Shown here piece by piece: positions 61,201 to 64,000 of a stretch of DNA of 64,000 nucleotides. The notes under the pieces were generated by a model that saw nothing but the letters and a program-made list of their open reading frames with translations, made no database searches and was not told where the DNA came from. This stretch comes from Anaeramoeba ignava BMAN. Its lineage: Eukaryota > Protista > Anaeramoebae. Positions within the stretch are counted from its first letter, which is position 1. Every line of letters begins with the position of its first letter. The translations under genes were made by a program, and so were the position numbers. The DNA is taken from assembly GCA_028826165.1 (NCBI GenBank), contig JAPDFW010000147.1, forward strand, positions 248,001 to 312,000. Reading direction: 5' to 3'.

Positions 61201-61757
61201 AGCTTGTTGAATGTTGTGTAGTCATCAGGCGAATAAAGAATGTTGTAGTGAAGAAGATCCTTTTGTTTTTCAAAAACCCATTTTTTATTCGGATTTTTTT
61301 TCCGTTTTTGATTTTGATTTTTGATTTTTTTTTTCGGATCATTTTCTTCATTGAATTTTGACAGAATTTGTTTTTTTGAATTAGAACCGTTTTCATATTT
61401 CTTTTGAACCTCAATCATGCGATCGACAAGTAATGGAACAACATCTAGTAATTCCAATTCAAAAGCCAAATGCAAAGGAGATTTTGAATTTTTATTTAAT
61501 CGAAAAAGATTTTCATCAATTGACATCAAAATATTTAATAATTCTTGAAATTTCTGTTTGTTTTTTGTTTCTTTTTGTTCATTTTTTTTGATCCTCATTT
61601 CTGAACATCCAATCATTATAAAATGCAATGGTGTATTTCCTGTTGTTGGATCTTGTGTTTGTAATGGTCGTTTGTCGTTGAAAATTTTGTCTGCAATTTC
61701 AAATTCTGCGTTTTTAAGTGCTTCAAAAAATGCTTTATTATCTTGTTTTGAATTCAT
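58207..61757 (-). CDS. Ankyrin-repeat protein with a C-terminal pseudokinase domain; exons 61757-60191 and 59741-58207
   Basis: Ankyrin motifs GNTPLH, SPLHLA, GDNSLHLA and GITSLQLAV. Kinase-like LHQEKLYHGNLSP...LKIANYG...SPE...SDIFCLG...CLNFEPKKR. Intron 59742-60190 (gtagga...aag) restores the frame. Confidence 0.87.
59820..60110. repeat. Intronic 17-mer repeat (atttctaatttaaatct and variants)
   Basis: Directly visible. Confidence 0.85.
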
Positions 61758-61849
61758 TTTTTTTATTATTATTAAGATGTAAATTAAAAAATGAAAAAAG
61801 AAAAATGAAAAAAATGAAAAAAATTTTTTCCTTTTTTTTTGATATCTCC

Positions 61850-64000
61850 AAATTTAAATCTAAATCAAAATCTAAATCTAAATCAAAATCAAAATCAAAA
61901 TATAAATCTAAATCTAAATCAAAATCAAAATCAAAATCAAAATCTAAATCTAAATCAAAATCTAAATCAAAATCAAAATCAAAATCAAAATCTAAATTTA
62001 AATCAAAATCAAAATTTAAATCTAAATCTAAATTTAAATCTAAATCAAAATCTAAATCAAAATCAAAATCAAAATCAAAATCTAAAGGAAATAAATTTAA
62101 AAATCAAAAATTCAAAATCAAAATCAAAATCTAAATCTAAATCAAAATCAAAATCTAAATCTAAATTAAAATCTAAATTTAAATCAAATTTTTAAATCCA
62201 AATTTAAATCTAAAATCAAAATCTAAATAAAAATCAAAAATCAAAAATAAAAAAAATCTAAATAAAATAAATCAAAATCAAAATCAAAATCAAATGAAAA
62301 ATAAAAGTAAATTTAAATCCGAAAAATCTAAATCAAAAATCGTAAATTAAAAATTTAAATCAAAATGGGGAAAAAAGACTAAATACTAAATCTAATAAAT
62401 TTAAATTAAATTTAAATCAAAATTGTTAAATTCTAAATAAAAATTAAATGTAAATCTAAATCAAAATCAAAATGCAAATCTAAATCAAAATTAAAATCTA
62501 AATCAAAATCAAAATCAAAATTTCAAAAATGTAAATAAAATCGAAACCATCAAATTTTGAAATTTGAAAATTTTGCCAAAATGATCAAATCAAAAATTTA
62601 AATCGAAAATCGTCATTTTCAAAATCCAAATCAAAAATCCAAATCCATTTTTGTTCTTCAAAGCAAAATTTAAAAATTCAAAATGCACGGAATTTTTCAA
62701 ATCTAAATCAAAAATCAAAATCAAAAATCAAAATTCGTTTTGCTTTTAAATCGAAATCAAAAAGAAAAATCAAAATCAAAATCCCAAAATGGAAATCAAA
62801 ATCCAAAATGAAAATCGAAATCAAAATCAAAATCTAAAATCAAAAATAAAAATCAAAAATCAAAAGAAAAATCAAAATCAAAACCCAAAATTCATTTTTC
62901 TAAATTTAAATGCAAAATTAAATGATTTTCTAAATCATTTTCTAAATGCAAATTTTAAATTTAAATTTAAAATTAAACCGTTTTCAATTTGCAACCTCAA
63001 ATCTAAATCTAAATTAATGGAAAAATCTAAATTCCAAATCAAAATCCAAATCAAAAAGGAAATCCAAATTTTCAAATCAAAATCAAAAAAAATTTAAATC
63101 TAAATCAAAATCAAAAATGCATAATTTTTAAATCTAAATGTAAATCAAAATTTTTGTTCAAATCTAAATCCAATTTTAAATCCAAAAATTATAAAATGCA
63201 AAATCTAAATATAAATGTAAATCTTGTGTTTGTAAATCGTTTAAAATAAAATCAAAATTTCAAATATAAATCAAAATCAAAAATCAAAAATCAAAATCAA
63301 AATCAAAATCAAAATTCATTTCAAAATCAAAAAATCAAAATAAAAATCAAAAAAAAAATGAAAAATGAAAAATTTTTCCTTTCAAAAATCTAAATCAAAA
63401 TCAAAATTAAATCAAAATCAAAATCTAAATCAAAAATCAAAATTTAAATCAAATCAAAATCAAAATCAAAAATAAAAATCTAAATCTAAATCTAAAATAA
63501 ATTTTAAATTTAAATCTAAATCTAAATCTAAATCTAAATCTAAATCTAAATCTAAATCAAAATCAAAATCAAAATTAAATCTAAATCTAAATCTAAATTT
63601 AAATCAAAATCAAAATCAAAATCTAAATCTAAATCAAAATCAAAATCTAAATCTAAATCTAAATCAAAATCAAAATCTAAATCTAAATCAAAATTAAATT
63701 AAAATATAAATCAAAATCAAAATATAAATCAAAATATAAATCTAAATCTAAATCTAAATCTAAATCTAAATCTAAATCTAAATCTAAATCTAAATCAAAA
63801 TTTAAATCTAAATCTAAATTTAAATCTAAATCTAAATCTAAATCTAAATTTAAATCTAAATCTAAATCTAAATTTAAATCTAAATCTAAATCTAAATCTA
63901 AATCAAAATCAAAATCAAAATCAAAATCAAAATCAAAATTTAAATCTAAATCTAAATATAAATCTAAATATAAATCAAAATCAAAATATAAATCTAAATA
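61850..64000. repeat. Long (aaatct/aaaatc)n hexamer tract running to the window end, degenerate at about 62250-63300
   Basis: Directly visible. Confidence 0.9.

Noticed and set aside
1-64000. Inteins/Hint domains, transposases, reverse transcriptase (DGR-type diversifier), tRNA or rRNA genes
   Set aside because: No recognisable motifs were found by eye in any ORF or intergenic region. Covariance or HMM searches were not possible, so small or divergent elements could be missed.

Overview
Extremely AT-rich eukaryotic genomic DNA with GT-AG spliceosomal introns and the standard genetic code. The style (BTB-family expansions, microsatellite-filled introns, N/Q-rich coding repeats, TCATTT initiator-like motif) resembles an anaerobic protist such as Anaeramoeba; this taxonomic call is an inference. 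About 21 protein genes were reconstructed by hand: the neurofibromin C-terminus, a divergent actin, three BTB(-BACK)-TLDc genes, four RCC1-BTB genes, a Kelch-BTB gene, a Vps34-type PI3K lacking its C2 domain, a RhoGAP, a G-alpha subunit, a TBC RabGAP, a long coiled-coil protein, an H2B, tomosyn/Lgl, a putative tandem PH-like protein, a LIM protein, a PMS1/MLH2-like MutL and an ankyrin-pseudokinase. The strongest candidate for an undescribed system is the set of 8 BTB (putative Cullin-3 adaptor) genes. Close paralogs have near-identical BTB scaffolds but patchy, aromatic-rich variation in the RCC1 or TLDc modules, and most have tandem-repeat arrays (145-bp, 168-bp or modular satellites, or microsatellites) at or near their 3' ends. 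Other notable items are an H2B with a natural K120R, a CCAAT palindrome upstream of H2B, a G-alpha with an altered RGS-contact switch I, and intron-specific 12-mer expansions. Many short ORFs in the track are repeat artefacts, and most frameshifts look like homopolymer assembly errors.
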